64,000 nucleotides of DNA from Candidatus Krumholzibacteriia bacterium (GCA_963836185.1 CAWIIQ010000004.1:64001-128000); one strand, 5' to 3'. Positions 20,440-31,392 are shown, counted from the stretch's first letter. The notes: a model not told the origin generated them from the letters alone. Program-made: numbers and translations.

Positions 20440-20459
20440 CTACTATAACAGTATAGTAG
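20440..20459. promoter_or_regulatory. Perfect inverted repeat in the DUF4384/tolQ intergenic region
   Basis: ctactata-acag-tatagtag. Confidence 0.5.
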
Positions 20460-20479
20460 CTTTGTCATCTTATTACAAG

Positions 20480-20495
20480 GCAAAGACCGTTCCAA
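20480..20495 (-). promoter_or_regulatory. Sigma54 (-24/-12) promoter for the DUF4384 gene
   Basis: Minus strand TTGGAACGGTCTTTGC: GG-N10-GC spacing, ~115 bp upstream of the ATG. Confidence 0.6.
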
Positions 20496-20678
20496 AAGGC
20501 TTTTCGCCCATTTCCCGGACCATTTCGGGAAACGATGGGGGACAACTGGGATTGGCGTCCGGGACGATCTTCCATTATCTTATACAAACTCTGACAGGGG
20601 GCCGTTCCGGCCTTTTGAAACAAACTTGACCGTCCAGGGGTATAATGATAGATTGCCCGGTGAAGCTGGAAAAGGAGG

Positions 20679-21359
20679 ATGAATATGGGGTTTGCGGGGC
20701 TACCGGTCTTTATGCAGGTGGCGGAGAGCTTTACTGAACTGATAGCGGGGTCAGGCAGCCTGGCCAAGGCTATCCTGGTGCTGCTGCTCGTCCTGTCCGT
20801 CGTTTCGTGGACAATAATGGTTGAAAAAATCAGGTATTTCAAACGGTCGGCGAAACAGAGCGCGGGCTTCCGGAAAGTGTTCGAAAAGGAGTTTTCCCTG
20901 TCCTCTCTAGCGGACAAGGCGGCCGGATATCCGGACAGTCCGGAGGCCTCGATGGTCCTTATGGTCAAGGGAGAGATCGACCGCGGAGAACTTCGCGAAA
21001 TGGAGCATCTCGACGGCTTTCTCGACTCGTCTATGGACGCTATCGTGGCCGAGTGGGAATCGTACCTCATCTTCCTGTCGACTACGGCGACAGTCTCGCC
21101 GTTCCTCGGCCTTCTCGGAACGGTCTGGGGAATCATGAGCTCGTTTCTCAGCATGGGCGTGCGCGGTTCGGCCAATCTCTACGTCGTGGGGCCGGGAATC
21201 GCTGACGCGCTTATCACGACTGTCTTCGGCCTCGGCGCGGCCATACCGGCGGTGATAGGCTATAACTATATCGTTCGCGTAATCAGGCGCCGTGAGGAGA
21301 AGGTAGGATTGTTCGCGGTGCGGTTCAGGACGAGGCTTCTCGAGAAGAGATACTCATGA
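20679..21359 (+). CDS. tolQ: TolQ (MotA/TolQ/ExbB proton channel)
   Basis: SPFLGLLGTVWGIM, PGIADALITT; tol-pal context. Confidence 0.92.
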   Translation: MNMGFAGLPVFMQVAESFTELIAGSGSLAKAILVLLLVLSVVSWTIMVEKIRYFKRSAKQSAGFRKVFEKEFSLSSLADKAAGYPDSPEASMVLMVKGEIDRGELREMEHLDGFLDSSMDAIVAEWESYLIFLSTTATVSPFLGLLGTVWGIMSSFLSMGVRGSANLYVVGPGIADALITTVFGLGAAIPAVIGYNYIVRVIRRREEKVGLFAVRFRTRLLEKRYS

Positions 21360-21760
21360 AGAAGAGGAACAAAGAGAGATATTCCTCGCTGGCCGAGATA
21401 AACATCACCAATCTCGTCGATGTGATCATGGTGCTTCTGATCGCCTTCATGCTGACCGCGCCATTCCTCCAGGCGGGCGTGAAGCTTCAGCTGCCCAAGG
21501 CTGAAGCGAAAGTCATCGAGGAGCAGGACGGGATAACTGTCTCGATCAACGAGGATGGAGACGTTTTCATAGACAAGCGGAAGATCGAGTGGAGGGAGTT
21601 CTCGGCGGAGCTGCGAAAGGCTCTCGATGAGAATCCTCCAAGGGTATTCCTGCGCGCCGACAAGGAAACGCGTTACGGCCATGTCATGAGGGTGATCGCC
21701 CGGATCAAGATGATGGGCATCGAAGACCTCGGGCTGATCGCCGAGCAGGAAGACAGATGA
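21356..21760 (+). CDS. tolR: TolR/ExbD
   Basis: EINITNLVDVIMVLLIAFM, LRADK. Confidence 0.92.
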   Translation: MKKRNKERYSSLAEINITNLVDVIMVLLIAFMLTAPFLQAGVKLQLPKAEAKVIEEQDGITVSINEDGDVFIDKRKIEWREFSAELRKALDENPPRVFLRADKETRYGHVMRVIARIKMMGIEDLGLIAEQEDR

Positions 21761-22414
21761 TCGGATCCGCATCGAGGGCGGGCGGGATGAGGTTTTCCCT
21801 GCTTATATCGATCCTCGTTCACGTGGTCATCCTGTGGGCGCTGTTGACCCTTTTCGACGTTGTGCCCCAGATGAAGGTGCCGAAGAACATATACAACGTA
21901 AAGATATTCAGGCCCTTTGTCGCCCCGAAGGTCGAGGCGCCGAAGGAGGAGCCGAAGGCGAAGGTCGAGGTCAAAAAGCCCGAGGTCACCACGCCTAAAC
22001 CCAAGCCGAAGGAAAAGAGAGCCCGAGAAGAAGCCGGAGCAGAAACCCGCCGAGACAAAGCCGGAGGACAAGCCGATGGATGTCTCGATGCAGGAGGGCA
22101 GCCAGACCGAGGTCGCGGTCGATGCACCGAAGTTCCCCTTTTCATACTATCTCTCCGCTATCGAGCGGAAGGTGTCGGAGAACTGGCTGTCGGCGCAGGG
22201 GGGAAGGGACGGTGGGGTCGCGTGCGTCGTGTACTTCAAGCTCTCGCGCAACGGCCGGGTCAGCGACCTGAGGGTCGAGACCTCTTCGGGGAACTCCCAT
22301 TTCGACCGTTCTGCGCTGAGAGCGATAAGGAGCGCCGATCCGTTTCCGCCCCTGCCAAGGGCGTTCGGTGAATCGTGGCTCGGGATACATTTTACATTTA
22401 CGCAGAAGAAATAG
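21757..22414 (+). CDS. tolA: TolA/TonB-family protein; frameshift ~22020
   Basis: ISILVH anchor, Lys/Pro-rich linker, C-terminal SSGNSHFDRSALRAI. Confidence 0.8.
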
Positions 22415-22458
22415 CCGGCGAAAGATAGCGGCCGGCTGGAGAAAGGAACTGCTGCCTG

Positions 22459-23709
22459 ATGAGACGATACGGGATCCTTGCTGCGCTGCTCATCGTTGTC
22501 ATGACTCCGCCAGGGGCCAGGGCCCAGATGGACGTGCACCTCAGCTCCAACAAAGCGGGCGGGGGCCAGATCCCCATAGTCGTCAATGATCTCGAGATCG
22601 AAAGGGATGATCTTCGCGCGGCCTCTGATTACCTGATATCGATCCTGCGGCAGGACCTGAAGTACACATCCGTTTTCGACCCACTCGAGTTCGCCGCCGG
22701 CACGGATACCCTTCCGGATGGCGGGACCGCCTCGGCGATAGTCGAGGGAAGGCTCTCGTGGGACGGGGAGAAATACTCTCTCGATGCCAGCCTGATCGAC
22801 TTTGTCAGCCGCGAGATGATCTTCGGCAAGAGGTACAGGTTCAAGCATTCCGCTCTCAGGACAGTCGCACACGAGCTTTGCGACGAGATCCTCTTCTTCC
22901 TCATCGGAGAGGCCGGCGTCGCCAGGACCCGTCTGCTGTTTACCAGGCGGGAGGGCGATGTAAAGAACCTTCACGTCATCGACTACGACGGGTACGGGGA
23001 GAAGAAGGTCACTACCGGTGAACTGGTCGTCTCACCTCTCTGGATCGATGATCACAGGTTTGTTTTCACGTCGTACCGCAGGGACAATCCCGACCTGTAC
23101 ATGATCGACCTGTCGAAAGGTTCGCGGAAGATGATATCCCACAGGAAGGGCCTCAATATCGCCGGGGGCTACAATCCTTCCAGCAACGAGCTCGTAGTGA
23201 CGCTCAGCCTGAAGGGAAACAGCGAGATCTACCTGATGGGCCTCGACGGCAAGCTCGGAAGGCGCCTGACAAAGAACCGCTCGATAGACGTATCTCCGGT
23301 CTGGGCCCCGAACGGGAGGGAGATCGTGTTCGTTTCGGACCGCACGAGAGTGCCTCAGCTATACATCATGGACAGGTACGGCGGAAATGTCAGGCGGCTG
23401 ACCACAGAGGGAAATTACAATACCTCTCCAGACTGGTCGCCTAGGGGAGACCTGATCGCTTATTCGTCCCGCGAAGGGGGGCTGTACAGGATGAAGCTGA
23501 TCTCTCCCGACGGCCTGTGGCTCGAGACGGTCTTCGACGATTATCTCAGTTATGAGGACGCCTGCTGGGCTCCGGACGGCAGGCATCTGGCCGCTGTAGT
23601 AAGGTACTCGGGGGAGCCGTGGATCGTGATAATCGATATCGATTCAGGGACCAGAAGAAGGCTTGCAAAGGGAGAGTCGCCGTCCTGGTCCCCCCTGAGA
23701 TCGAGGTGA
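22459..23709 (+). CDS. tolB: TolB
   Basis: Signal peptide and PD40 repeats (SPVWAPNG, SPDWSPRG). Confidence 0.92.
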   Translation: MRRYGILAALLIVVMTPPGARAQMDVHLSSNKAGGGQIPIVVNDLEIERDDLRAASDYLISILRQDLKYTSVFDPLEFAAGTDTLPDGGTASAIVEGRLSWDGEKYSLDASLIDFVSREMIFGKRYRFKHSALRTVAHELCDEILFFLIGEAGVARTRLLFTRREGDVKNLHVIDYDGYGEKKVTTGELVVSPLWIDDHRFVFTSYRRDNPDLYMIDLSKGSRKMISHRKGLNIAGGYNPSSNELVVTLSLKGNSEIYLMGLDGKLGRRLTKNRSIDVSPVWAPNGREIVFVSDRTRVPQLYIMDRYGGNVRRLTTEGNYNTSPDWSPRGDLIAYSSREGGLYRMKLISPDGLWLETVFDDYLSYEDACWAPDGRHLAAVVRYSGEPWIVIIDIDSGTRRRLAKGESPSWSPLRSR

Positions 23710-23841
23710 GCTCATTTTTTTAAGGGAAAATCAGTAAAATAATCGTTTTCAATTTCAAGGGCTGAAGGTATGATTGCCGCGATATAGAGAATCGTGGTGG
23801 GTCTGATTGAAACTGTTCCTGAATACAGGAGGTTCGTCGAT

Positions 23842-24363
23842 ATGAAGCGTTATCTTGTACTGTTCCTCGTTCTGATGCTTGCCGCGCTTATGGTGCTGCC
23901 GGCATGTTCGAAGAAAGAGGCTCCTCCGGTAGAAGAGGATATTACTCCCGCCGAGGAAGTACCGCCGCCTCCGCCGCCGCCGGTGGAAGAGGAAGAGCTT
24001 GATGCGATCGAGGAAGAGGAGCTTGAGACTCTGGTCCTCGAGGACATTTTCTTCGATTACGACAAGTACAGCATCAAGGGCGAGTTCAAGATCGTGCTCG
24101 AGGCTAACGCCGATCTTCTGATGCTGCGTGAAGACGCGGTCCTCGTAATCGAGGGGCACTGCGATGAGCGAGGCACATCAGAGTACAATCTCGCGCTTGG
24201 TGAGAAAAGGGCCAAAGCAGTCATGGACTTCTACATCGCTTTCGGCATCGGCGCCGACAGGCTTTCGATGATCAGCTACGGTGAGGAAAGGCCGTTCGAG
24301 TACGGGCACGATGAAGAAGCCTGGGCGATGAACCGCCGCGCTCACATGCTGATAAAGGAATAG
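23842..24363 (+). CDS. pal: Peptidoglycan-associated lipoprotein Pal
   Basis: Lipobox LPAC; IEGHCDERGTSEYNLALGEKRA, NRRA. Confidence 0.95.
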   Translation: MKRYLVLFLVLMLAALMVLPACSKKEAPPVEEDITPAEEVPPPPPPPVEEEELDAIEEEELETLVLEDIFFDYDKYSIKGEFKIVLEANADLLMLREDAVLVIEGHCDERGTSEYNLALGEKRAKAVMDFYIAFGIGADRLSMISYGEERPFEYGHDEEAWAMNRRAHMLIKE

Positions 24364-24373
24364 ACGGGATCTG

Positions 24374-25201
24374 ATGAAAAGACCGGTCAACCGTTTACTG
24401 ATAGTAGTGTCGGTCGCCGCAGCTGCCCTCGTCTTCGGGGGATGCTGGGGCAAGAACTTCTGGAATGCCCAGGAGGCTACTCTGGCGATCGACGCCAAGG
24501 TCGATTCCCTGCTGGGGGAGAATGCCATCCTCCAGAGAAGGATATATCATCTCGAGACTATACTGGAGGGCCAGCAGGAACAGCTTCGCAGAAGCGGGGC
24601 GAGGTCCAGCATGGATCTCGAGGAGATAAAGGACCAGATCGACGCGCTCTACGTGCTGCTCGAAGAGGAGCAGCAGGCTCCCGTGCAGAGATCGGTCCGC
24701 CATCCATCTATCCAGACACCGGTAATACCAGATACAGCCTCGTCGCCGGATTCTCTTCATGAGACCGGCGACGGGGCCGTCTCCTTTCCCGATTCGGGCC
24801 AGGATTCCGGATCCATACCCGGCCCGGAGGAGATGTACCGCCAGATATACCTCGATTTCAGCCGCATGGAGTACGAGATAGCCATCGAGGAATCAGAGGA
24901 GTTCCTTAATGAGTATCCCGGCGATCCGATGACTGAGGATGTCAGGTACGTCAGGGGCGAGTGTTATCTCGAGCTCGACAAGGACCATGATGCCCTGAGG
25001 GAATTCTCGACGATCCTCCAGGACTACCCGCGCGGCAAAAAGACGCCGGCAGTCCTTCTGCGGATGGCGATCACTTACGAAAAGACAGGGGATTCGGAAC
25101 TCGCGCAGGGAGTCGCCGGCAGGCTGATGAGGGAATACCCCGACAGCGAGGAAGCAGCGGAAGCGAGGGAACGGTTCGGCGAATCGCCGGATGAGCAGTG
25201 A
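24374..25201 (+). CDS. cpoB: CpoB/YbgF-like TPR lipoprotein
   Basis: FGGC lipobox, coiled coil, TPRs (YPRGKK, YPDSEEA); follows pal. Confidence 0.8.
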   Translation: MKRPVNRLLIVVSVAAAALVFGGCWGKNFWNAQEATLAIDAKVDSLLGENAILQRRIYHLETILEGQQEQLRRSGARSSMDLEEIKDQIDALYVLLEEEQQAPVQRSVRHPSIQTPVIPDTASSPDSLHETGDGAVSFPDSGQDSGSIPGPEEMYRQIYLDFSRMEYEIAIEESEEFLNEYPGDPMTEDVRYVRGECYLELDKDHDALREFSTILQDYPRGKKTPAVLLRMAITYEKTGDSELAQGVAGRLMREYPDSEEAAEARERFGESPDEQ

Positions 25202-26482
25202 TGCAATCGCCCCCAGTCACGTCTCCCGGAGTACATCTCCCCCTGATAATAGCGGTCATAGTGCTTCTTGTCTTCTCGGCCTTTTTCTCAGGGTCGGAAA
25301 CGGCAATGTTCTCTCTTCAGCGCTCGAATGTGCACGGGATGTCGTCCGGGTCGAAAAAACAGAGGCGGGTAGCCTCTCTGCTCGCGAGGCCGAGGAAGCT
25401 TCTCGTGACCCTTCTTTTCGGCAACCTGCTCGTCAATATCGCCAACACGAGCGTCGTGACCGTTCTAGCCATAAAGCTCTATCGGCGAACGCGGCGTGGG
25501 CTATGCGATGATCCTGATGACCCTTCTTATCCTGATGTTCGGCGAGATCCTTCCCAAGAGCATAGCGATCAAGAGGGCAAACCGGTTCTCGATTCTCGCC
25601 GCGGTACCGATCGGGATGCTCATGTATCTTTTCTATCCGGTTACCATGATCCTGGGAAAGATAGCTGACTCATCGGTGGAGATCTGCCGGAAGCTGTTCG
25701 GTGAGACCAGGGTGGAGTATGCGTCGAGGGAACTGGCCACAGCTGTCGAGATGGGTTACAGGGATGGACTGTTCGACGATTTCGAAAAGGAGATCCTTAC
25801 GAACCTCTTCCTGTTAGCTGAGACGGCCGTTCACGAGATCCTCACACCCCGTGTCGAGGTCTTCGCCCTCGATGTTGATACGACGTTTCAGGATGCCGTA
25901 GCTCAGGTCAGGGGAAAGGGATTTACGAGGGTCCCTCTGTATGAGGGCGATCCTGACAAGATCGTGGGGATACTGCATACAAAGGATCTTCTGCTGTATT
26001 CGAGGAACGAGAGGATAACCCTTCGCGAGATTGTCAGGCCGGTCACTTTTGTGCCTGAGACGAAACCTATCAGAGACCTGCTGGGGGAGCTGACATCCTC
26101 GCACAAGCATGTCGTCATCGTAGTCGATGAGCACGGTTCGTACGAGGGGATCGTGACACTCGAGGATATCCTCGAGGAGATAATCGGAGAGATCCGCGAC
26201 AGGAGAGAGCCTCGCGTAGAGGATTACAACCTGATAGATAATGATCACATCGTAGTCATGGGATCGATGCATCTGGAGGATCTCAACGAAGTATTCGGCA
26301 CGATGCTTGAGTCAAAAGGCGTTGATACTATAAATGGATTCCTCTGCGAATTGACCGGCAGGATCCCGGCTGACGGAGAGTCCTTTACATATGAAGGAAT
26401 ACGGTTTCTTGTGCTGTCAGCGGGAAAGACTAAGATCGAGAAGATCAAGATCGAGCGGCTCGGCGAGGAGGTGGAGGGATGA
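25198..26482 (+). CDS. HlyC/CorC (CNNM-CBS-CorC) transporter family; frameshift ~25480
   Basis: SAFFSGSETAMFSL, GEILPK, VVDEHGSYEGIVTLEDILEEIIGEI. Confidence 0.9.
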
Positions 26483-27456
26483 GCACAGGTGCGTCCCTGT
26501 CGCTGATCATCCTCGCTATGCTCCTGGCCGCTTTCTTTGCCGGATCCGAGACGGCGATAGTCTCGTGCAGCAAGGTGAAGCTGCACAGCAGGTCCAGGCA
26601 CGGCTCATGGAGAGCCAGGCTGCTCGAGAGGCTTCTTCGTGTACCGGAGTACTTTTTCAGTATCGTGCTAGTCGGCACGAACCTGGCGGTGATCAGCTGC
26701 ACCGCACTGGCGACGGGCCTTGCCGTCAAGCATTTCGGGGATTCAGGAAGCCTCGTGGCGACTGTAGTCATCACACCGGTTCTGCTTATATTCGGGGAGG
26801 TCATACCGAAGTCAGCTTTCCTGTATCACGCGGACGATGTATCGATAAAGGTCGCGCCTGTCCTTCGGGTGATGTCGATAATCCTCTTTCCGCTCGTTTT
26901 TCCCGCCACAATGCTCGCTAGGATGATCTCAAGGCTCACCGGCGCGGGAGAGGGTAAGCTCGACATGCTCGGTTCGCGTGAGGACCTTATATTTCTCTAC
27001 AGGAGGGGCAAGGTCGAGGGAGATCTCGAGGAACGCGATAAACAGATGATAGACGGTGTATTCAGCTTCGGGACTAGGCTGGCGCGTGAGCTCATGATCC
27101 CGATGGACGGTGTCGTGTCCTTCCCCGTCAACGCCTCGGTGGACGAGGTGATAGAGGAAGCCAACAAGCACACATATTCGAGGTTCCCGCTCGTCTCGCC
27201 GAACGACGGGAGCATCGTAGGCATTATCTCACTGTTCGATCTGCTCGGACTCGACGGTGGCGAGAGACTTGCTACTGTCATGCACGAACCGCTCATGGTG
27301 AGCGAGGATGAGTCCGCGGAACGTCTTCTGATCAGGATGAAGGACGAGCCGCTCCATTTCGCCGTTGTCACAAATGGCGAAATGGCAATGGGTATCATAA
27401 CCCTGGAAAACATCCTCGAGAGCATAGTGGGCGACATATCCAACGAGTACGAGTAG
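26479..27456 (+). CDS. Second CNNM-CBS protein (no CorC domain)
   Basis: FFAGSETA, LVGTNL, GEVIPK, GIITLENILESIVGDI. Confidence 0.88.
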   Translation: MSTGASLSLIILAMLLAAFFAGSETAIVSCSKVKLHSRSRHGSWRARLLERLLRVPEYFFSIVLVGTNLAVISCTALATGLAVKHFGDSGSLVATVVITPVLLIFGEVIPKSAFLYHADDVSIKVAPVLRVMSIILFPLVFPATMLARMISRLTGAGEGKLDMLGSREDLIFLYRRGKVEGDLEERDKQMIDGVFSFGTRLARELMIPMDGVVSFPVNASVDEVIEEANKHTYSRFPLVSPNDGSIVGIISLFDLLGLDGGERLATVMHEPLMVSEDESAERLLIRMKDEPLHFAVVTNGEMAMGIITLENILESIVGDISNEYE

Positions 27457-27472
27457 AAGGGAGCAGTGCGGA

Positions 27473-27823
27473 ATGCAACAGTGCGTGGACATGCTGCTGC
27501 AGGGGCTCGAGAAATTCGATGAACCGGCAGCTTTCTATAAGGGCAACAGGATAGTACAGGCCAACCAGAAGTTCGCAGAACTCTTTGAGCGCGATATAGC
27601 GGAATTCAACGACCTGCCGATCATCGATATCTGTCACAACGAATCGATCGAGATGATCCAGGACTTCATAAGGCGACGCGCGCACCACGATGTCGATGTG
27701 CCGATGCATTACGAAGCGGCGTTCAGGACGACCAACCGGCCGAGAGTCGTGATGACTGTCAACGTCCTCAAGCTTCACAACACCGAGGGAGCCGTGCTGG
27801 CGATCCTTCACGAGAAGGGTTGA
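27473..27823 (+). CDS. Stand-alone PAS-domain protein
   Basis: IVQANQKFAELF...DICH, PAS-like pattern. Confidence 0.65.
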   Translation: MQQCVDMLLQGLEKFDEPAAFYKGNRIVQANQKFAELFERDIAEFNDLPIIDICHNESIEMIQDFIRRRAHHDVDVPMHYEAAFRTTNRPRVVMTVNVLKLHNTEGAVLAILHEKG

Positions 27824-27854
27824 TCTCCGGCGGCTCCGAATAAATCTGGAATAT

Positions 27855-27892
27855 AAAAAGGGCGGGAAGCTTCGCAGCCCCCGCCCTTTTTC
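27855..27892. terminator. Bidirectional intrinsic terminator
   Basis: aaaaagggcggg...cccgcccttttt between convergent genes. Confidence 0.85.
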
Positions 27893-27912
27893 TGCCCGAA
27901 TCACGCGGACCG

Positions 27913-29443
27913 CTATTCGGGTCTGATACTTCCGATCTCCTTCTCGACCTCTTCGAGGATCTCACACGATCTCACGAGTTCCTTCATTACGGTATGATCG
28001 GGATAAAGGGGACGGTCTGATGTCGAGGAAATCGACGTGGCGCCTGATGACTTCCTTCGCCTTCGTGACGCCCTTGCCGAAACTGTACTCCCTGAAATCG
28101 AGAGCCTGCGCCGCGGCCATCAGCTCGATACCGAGGATGCCGCATGCGTTGTCGAATATCTGGAAGTTCTTGATCGCCGTATTCATCCCCATGGAGACGA
28201 AATCCTCCTGGTCGGCCGCCGCCGGTATCGACTGGATCGAGGCGGGCACCGAGAGGATCCTCTGCTCGACGATCTGCATGTCTGCTGTGTACTGGCTGAG
28301 CATCAGTCCCGAAAACATGCCTGCGCCCTTCGTGAGGAAGGCGGGCAGGCCTACGTTCAGCGCGGGGTGATTGAGCCTGTTCATCCTCCGCTCCGACATG
28401 ACGCTGACCATCGTGACGGCAATGCCTACCATGTCCATCGGAAGGCTGACGGGCGAGCCCTGGAAGTTGGCGCCCGAGAGAGCGAGGTCCTCGTCGGGGA
28501 AGAATATCGGGTTGTCCCCGACGCCGTTCAGCTCGATCTCGACCTGGGAGCGGGCGTAATCGATCGCGTCGTGCGCCGCGCCGATCACCTGAGGGGTCGA
28601 GCGCATCGAGTAGGCGTCCTGGACCTTGACCTTCTGGCGTCCCTCGACGAGGTCGCCGCCGGCAACGCATTTGCGTATCGCCGCGGCTGTGCGCTGTGCG
28701 CCCTTGAACCCGCGGATCGCGTGCAGCTGCGGGCTGTAAGGCTTCATGTTTGCCATCAGCGCCTCGAGCGACATCGAGGCGGCGATCTCCGCCTGGCGGA
28801 GCCATCTCTCCGTGTCGTAAAGCATGATCGCGCTCATCGCTGTCAGGAGGTTCGAGCCGTTGATAGTGGCGAGGCCGTCGCGCGCCATCAGGCCCGGAAC
28901 GGGGATGCCGGCCTTGTCCAGCGCCTCTTTCCCGTCGAGCAGCTCGCCCTTGTAATACGCCTTGCCCTCACCGAGCATCAGCAGGGCGATCTGGGACATG
29001 GGGGCCAGGTCGCCGCATGCTCCGACCGAGCCCTTCTGGCAGACGAACGGGGTGACGCCCTTGTTGAGCATCGCCACGAGCGTCAGCGGGATCTCGGGGC
29101 GGCAGCCTGAATTGCCGTGGGCGAGGACGTTGATCCTCCCGGCCATCGCTCCGCGCACGTACTCGATGGGGGCGGGATCGCCGATCCCGGCAGCGTGGTT
29201 GTATATGAGATATTTCTGGAAATCCTGAATCTGATCGTCGTCGAGCACCACTTCGGAGAACTCGCCGATCCCCGTGTTGACGCCGTACATGATCTCGTGG
29301 GCGTCGATCTTCTTCTCGAGCATCGCGCGGCACTTTTTGATCGCCGCGAGGGCATGCTCGGGGATCTCTACTTCTTCACCGTGCCGGGCTATCCGGACGA
29401 CCTTCTCGACTGTCAGTCCCGACCCGTCTAACGCTATAGCCAC
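27913..29443 (-). CDS. hutH: Histidine/aromatic amino acid ammonia-lyase (MIO family); frameshift ~28019
   Basis: YGVNTGIG, GSVGACGDLAP, QDAYSMR, GANFQG, QEDFVSMG; GTG start with aggagg RBS. Confidence 0.88.
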
Positions 29444-29536
29444 AATGACCTCCTGGTGGAATTGTTTTATATTGGTGATGTGTCTTATAACATCATGAGG
29501 GGCCGGGTTCAAGAGACAAAGCGGCCCCACCGGGAC

Positions 29537-29578
29537 AAAAATAGTAAGGGCAGCGCTTAAGTTCAAGCACTACCCTTA
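29537..29578 (-). terminator. Intrinsic terminator after the M56 gene
   Basis: Minus-strand 14-bp stem taagggtagtgctt/aagcgctgccctta (2 G-U pairs), then ctattttt. Confidence 0.7.
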
Positions 29579-29614
29579 AAAATTGACAGGATATATATTT
29601 CTCCGGACGGACCG

Positions 29615-30969
29615 CTACTGGAGCTTGAATTCGACCGGCACCTTGACTTCCATCTCGACAGGCTTGCCGTCCCTTGTGCCCGGTTTGAACTCCCACTGGT
29701 ATATGGCCTTGAGGGCCGACTTCTGGAAATGCTTTCCCAGCTCCACCGCGGCCTCGTCAGCATCCTCGCCCGATCCTTTTTCTCATCGGTGTATATCTCT
29801 ATGGTCGTTACTTTCGCCTCTTTGACAGCGCCCTTCTCGTCGACTGCCACGAGCATCATCAGCCTGCCCGCATAACCGGCTTTCAGGCACTCCTTTGGAT
29901 ACTCGGGATCGACGGACTTCAGCACCAGGGGCATTACCTCTTCGCTTTCGGCCGCTGACGATTCCGGGATCAGGAATCCGGCGACCAGGACAACGACGGC
30001 GAGCGCGATTATCGATCTGCTTCTCAGTGACATCTCGTACCTCCTCGATTCGAACAATCTTTTAAGTCTTATTTTCAGGAGCGATCCATTTCTGCCCGCC
30101 GCGGCGTAGTGCATCCCTCCCGGCAGAAGGCCGATGCGAAGCGTTTTCGTAAAGGCCCTGGCGTATGTCGCCGGGTTGATTCCCCGGCGCAGCGCTCCAT
30201 CGTCACAGGCATATTCCGCCGTCATGTGCAGGCGCCGCAGTACGGGGTAGATCAGCGGGTAGAAGTGGAAAAGGGCCAGTCCCAGTCTAGCGATCAGCGA
30301 ACGGAGCGGGTCCATCCGGTATCTGTGGTTCTCTTCGTGCAGCATGATCGCCGTGAGCTCATCGTCGCCCAGAGATCGTACGAGTTCGAAGGGGATGACG
30401 ATCCTCGGCCTGAAGATCCCGGTGACGCCGGGCATCAATCTCTCTTCCGTCAGAGAAACATGGTCCATATCGATCCCGCACGAGACGCAGATCCTCCTGA
30501 GCCTTCCCGCGTCGGCTCCGCCTAGAGACGTCAGCTGCCCGGCCGATCCTGTTGCCGATCGTCGAAGATCGTGGATCATCCGGAAAAGGAATATCAGCAC
30601 GGCCGCCGCCCACAGGATAGTGGCGGCAGCTAAAACCGCCCCCGGGACGAGGGAAGCTCCACGGTCGAATCCCCTGAATCCGACGGCAGGGTCCACCACG
30701 GGCCCGAGCGCAGATATTCCGGGGATGCTTGCCGTCTCCATAGCCCCTGCTCCTGGGCTTATCCATCGATAAAGGCCCGAAGCCGCCGCTCTGACCAGGG
30801 AGAGAGGGAGGAATATCCTGATCAGCCCGGTCATCCAGAGAGTGTTCCTGACACGGGCGGGAGCCTTTTTCAGGCCCCTGTCGAGCAGGAAGATGACTCC
30901 AAGAAAGAGGGTGACCTGCCAGAGGTGCAGAAGCATCCCTTTCCAGAAAATGGTAAAGAGGTCGATCAT
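29615..30969 (-). CDS. BlaR1-like M56 metallopeptidase fused to a TonB C-terminal domain; frameshift ~29780
   Basis: HEENH, EYACD, LKIRL; PEYP...ALKAIYQWEFKPGTRDGKPV. Confidence 0.88.
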
Positions 30970-31349
30970 TTCTTCCCCTTTTCCTGTTCGTCGAGGATAT
31001 TCTCGAGTTCCCTGACATCCTCGATAGAGACAGCGTCCATATCGGCAAGATGAGCGACCAGCGGAGCGGCCGATCCATCGAAGAAGGTATCGAGGAGCCT
31101 GCGGATCTCCCGCTGGATCATATCCGAGGCGGGAACGGTCGATCTGTAGACCCACGCCTTTCCCGAAAGCCTGACCTTCTCGACGGCGCCCTTCTCCTCG
31201 AGCCTCTCCAATATTTTCCTGATCGTCGAGTATCCGTGGTCGCCATCGATCTCATCCTGAAGCTCCCTCGCGGTAGCTTCACCGAGACTCCACAGCTTTC
31301 TGAGGTTGATCATTTCGAGCCGGGAGAGATCGGGGAGAGAATCCTTCAT
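30966..31349 (-). CDS. BlaI/MecI/CopY family transcriptional repressor
   Basis: LSRLEM..LW, YSTIRKILERLEEKG, FFDGSAAPLVAHL. Confidence 0.92.
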   Translation of the reverse strand: MKDSLPDLSRLEMINLRKLWSLGEATARELQDEIDGDHGYSTIRKILERLEEKGAVEKVRLSGKAWVYRSTVPASDMIQREIRRLLDTFFDGSAAPLVAHLADMDAVSIEDVRELENILDEQEKGKK

Positions 31350-31392
31350 CGTGCCTCCATCCATGCTCGCCACGACTAAGTTTGGGTATTGT

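Noticed and set aside
29476-29495. tgatgt-N8-acatca upstream of hutH as a HutC operator
   Set aside because: Short, does not match the TGTA-N2-TACA type site, and no hutC is in the window.
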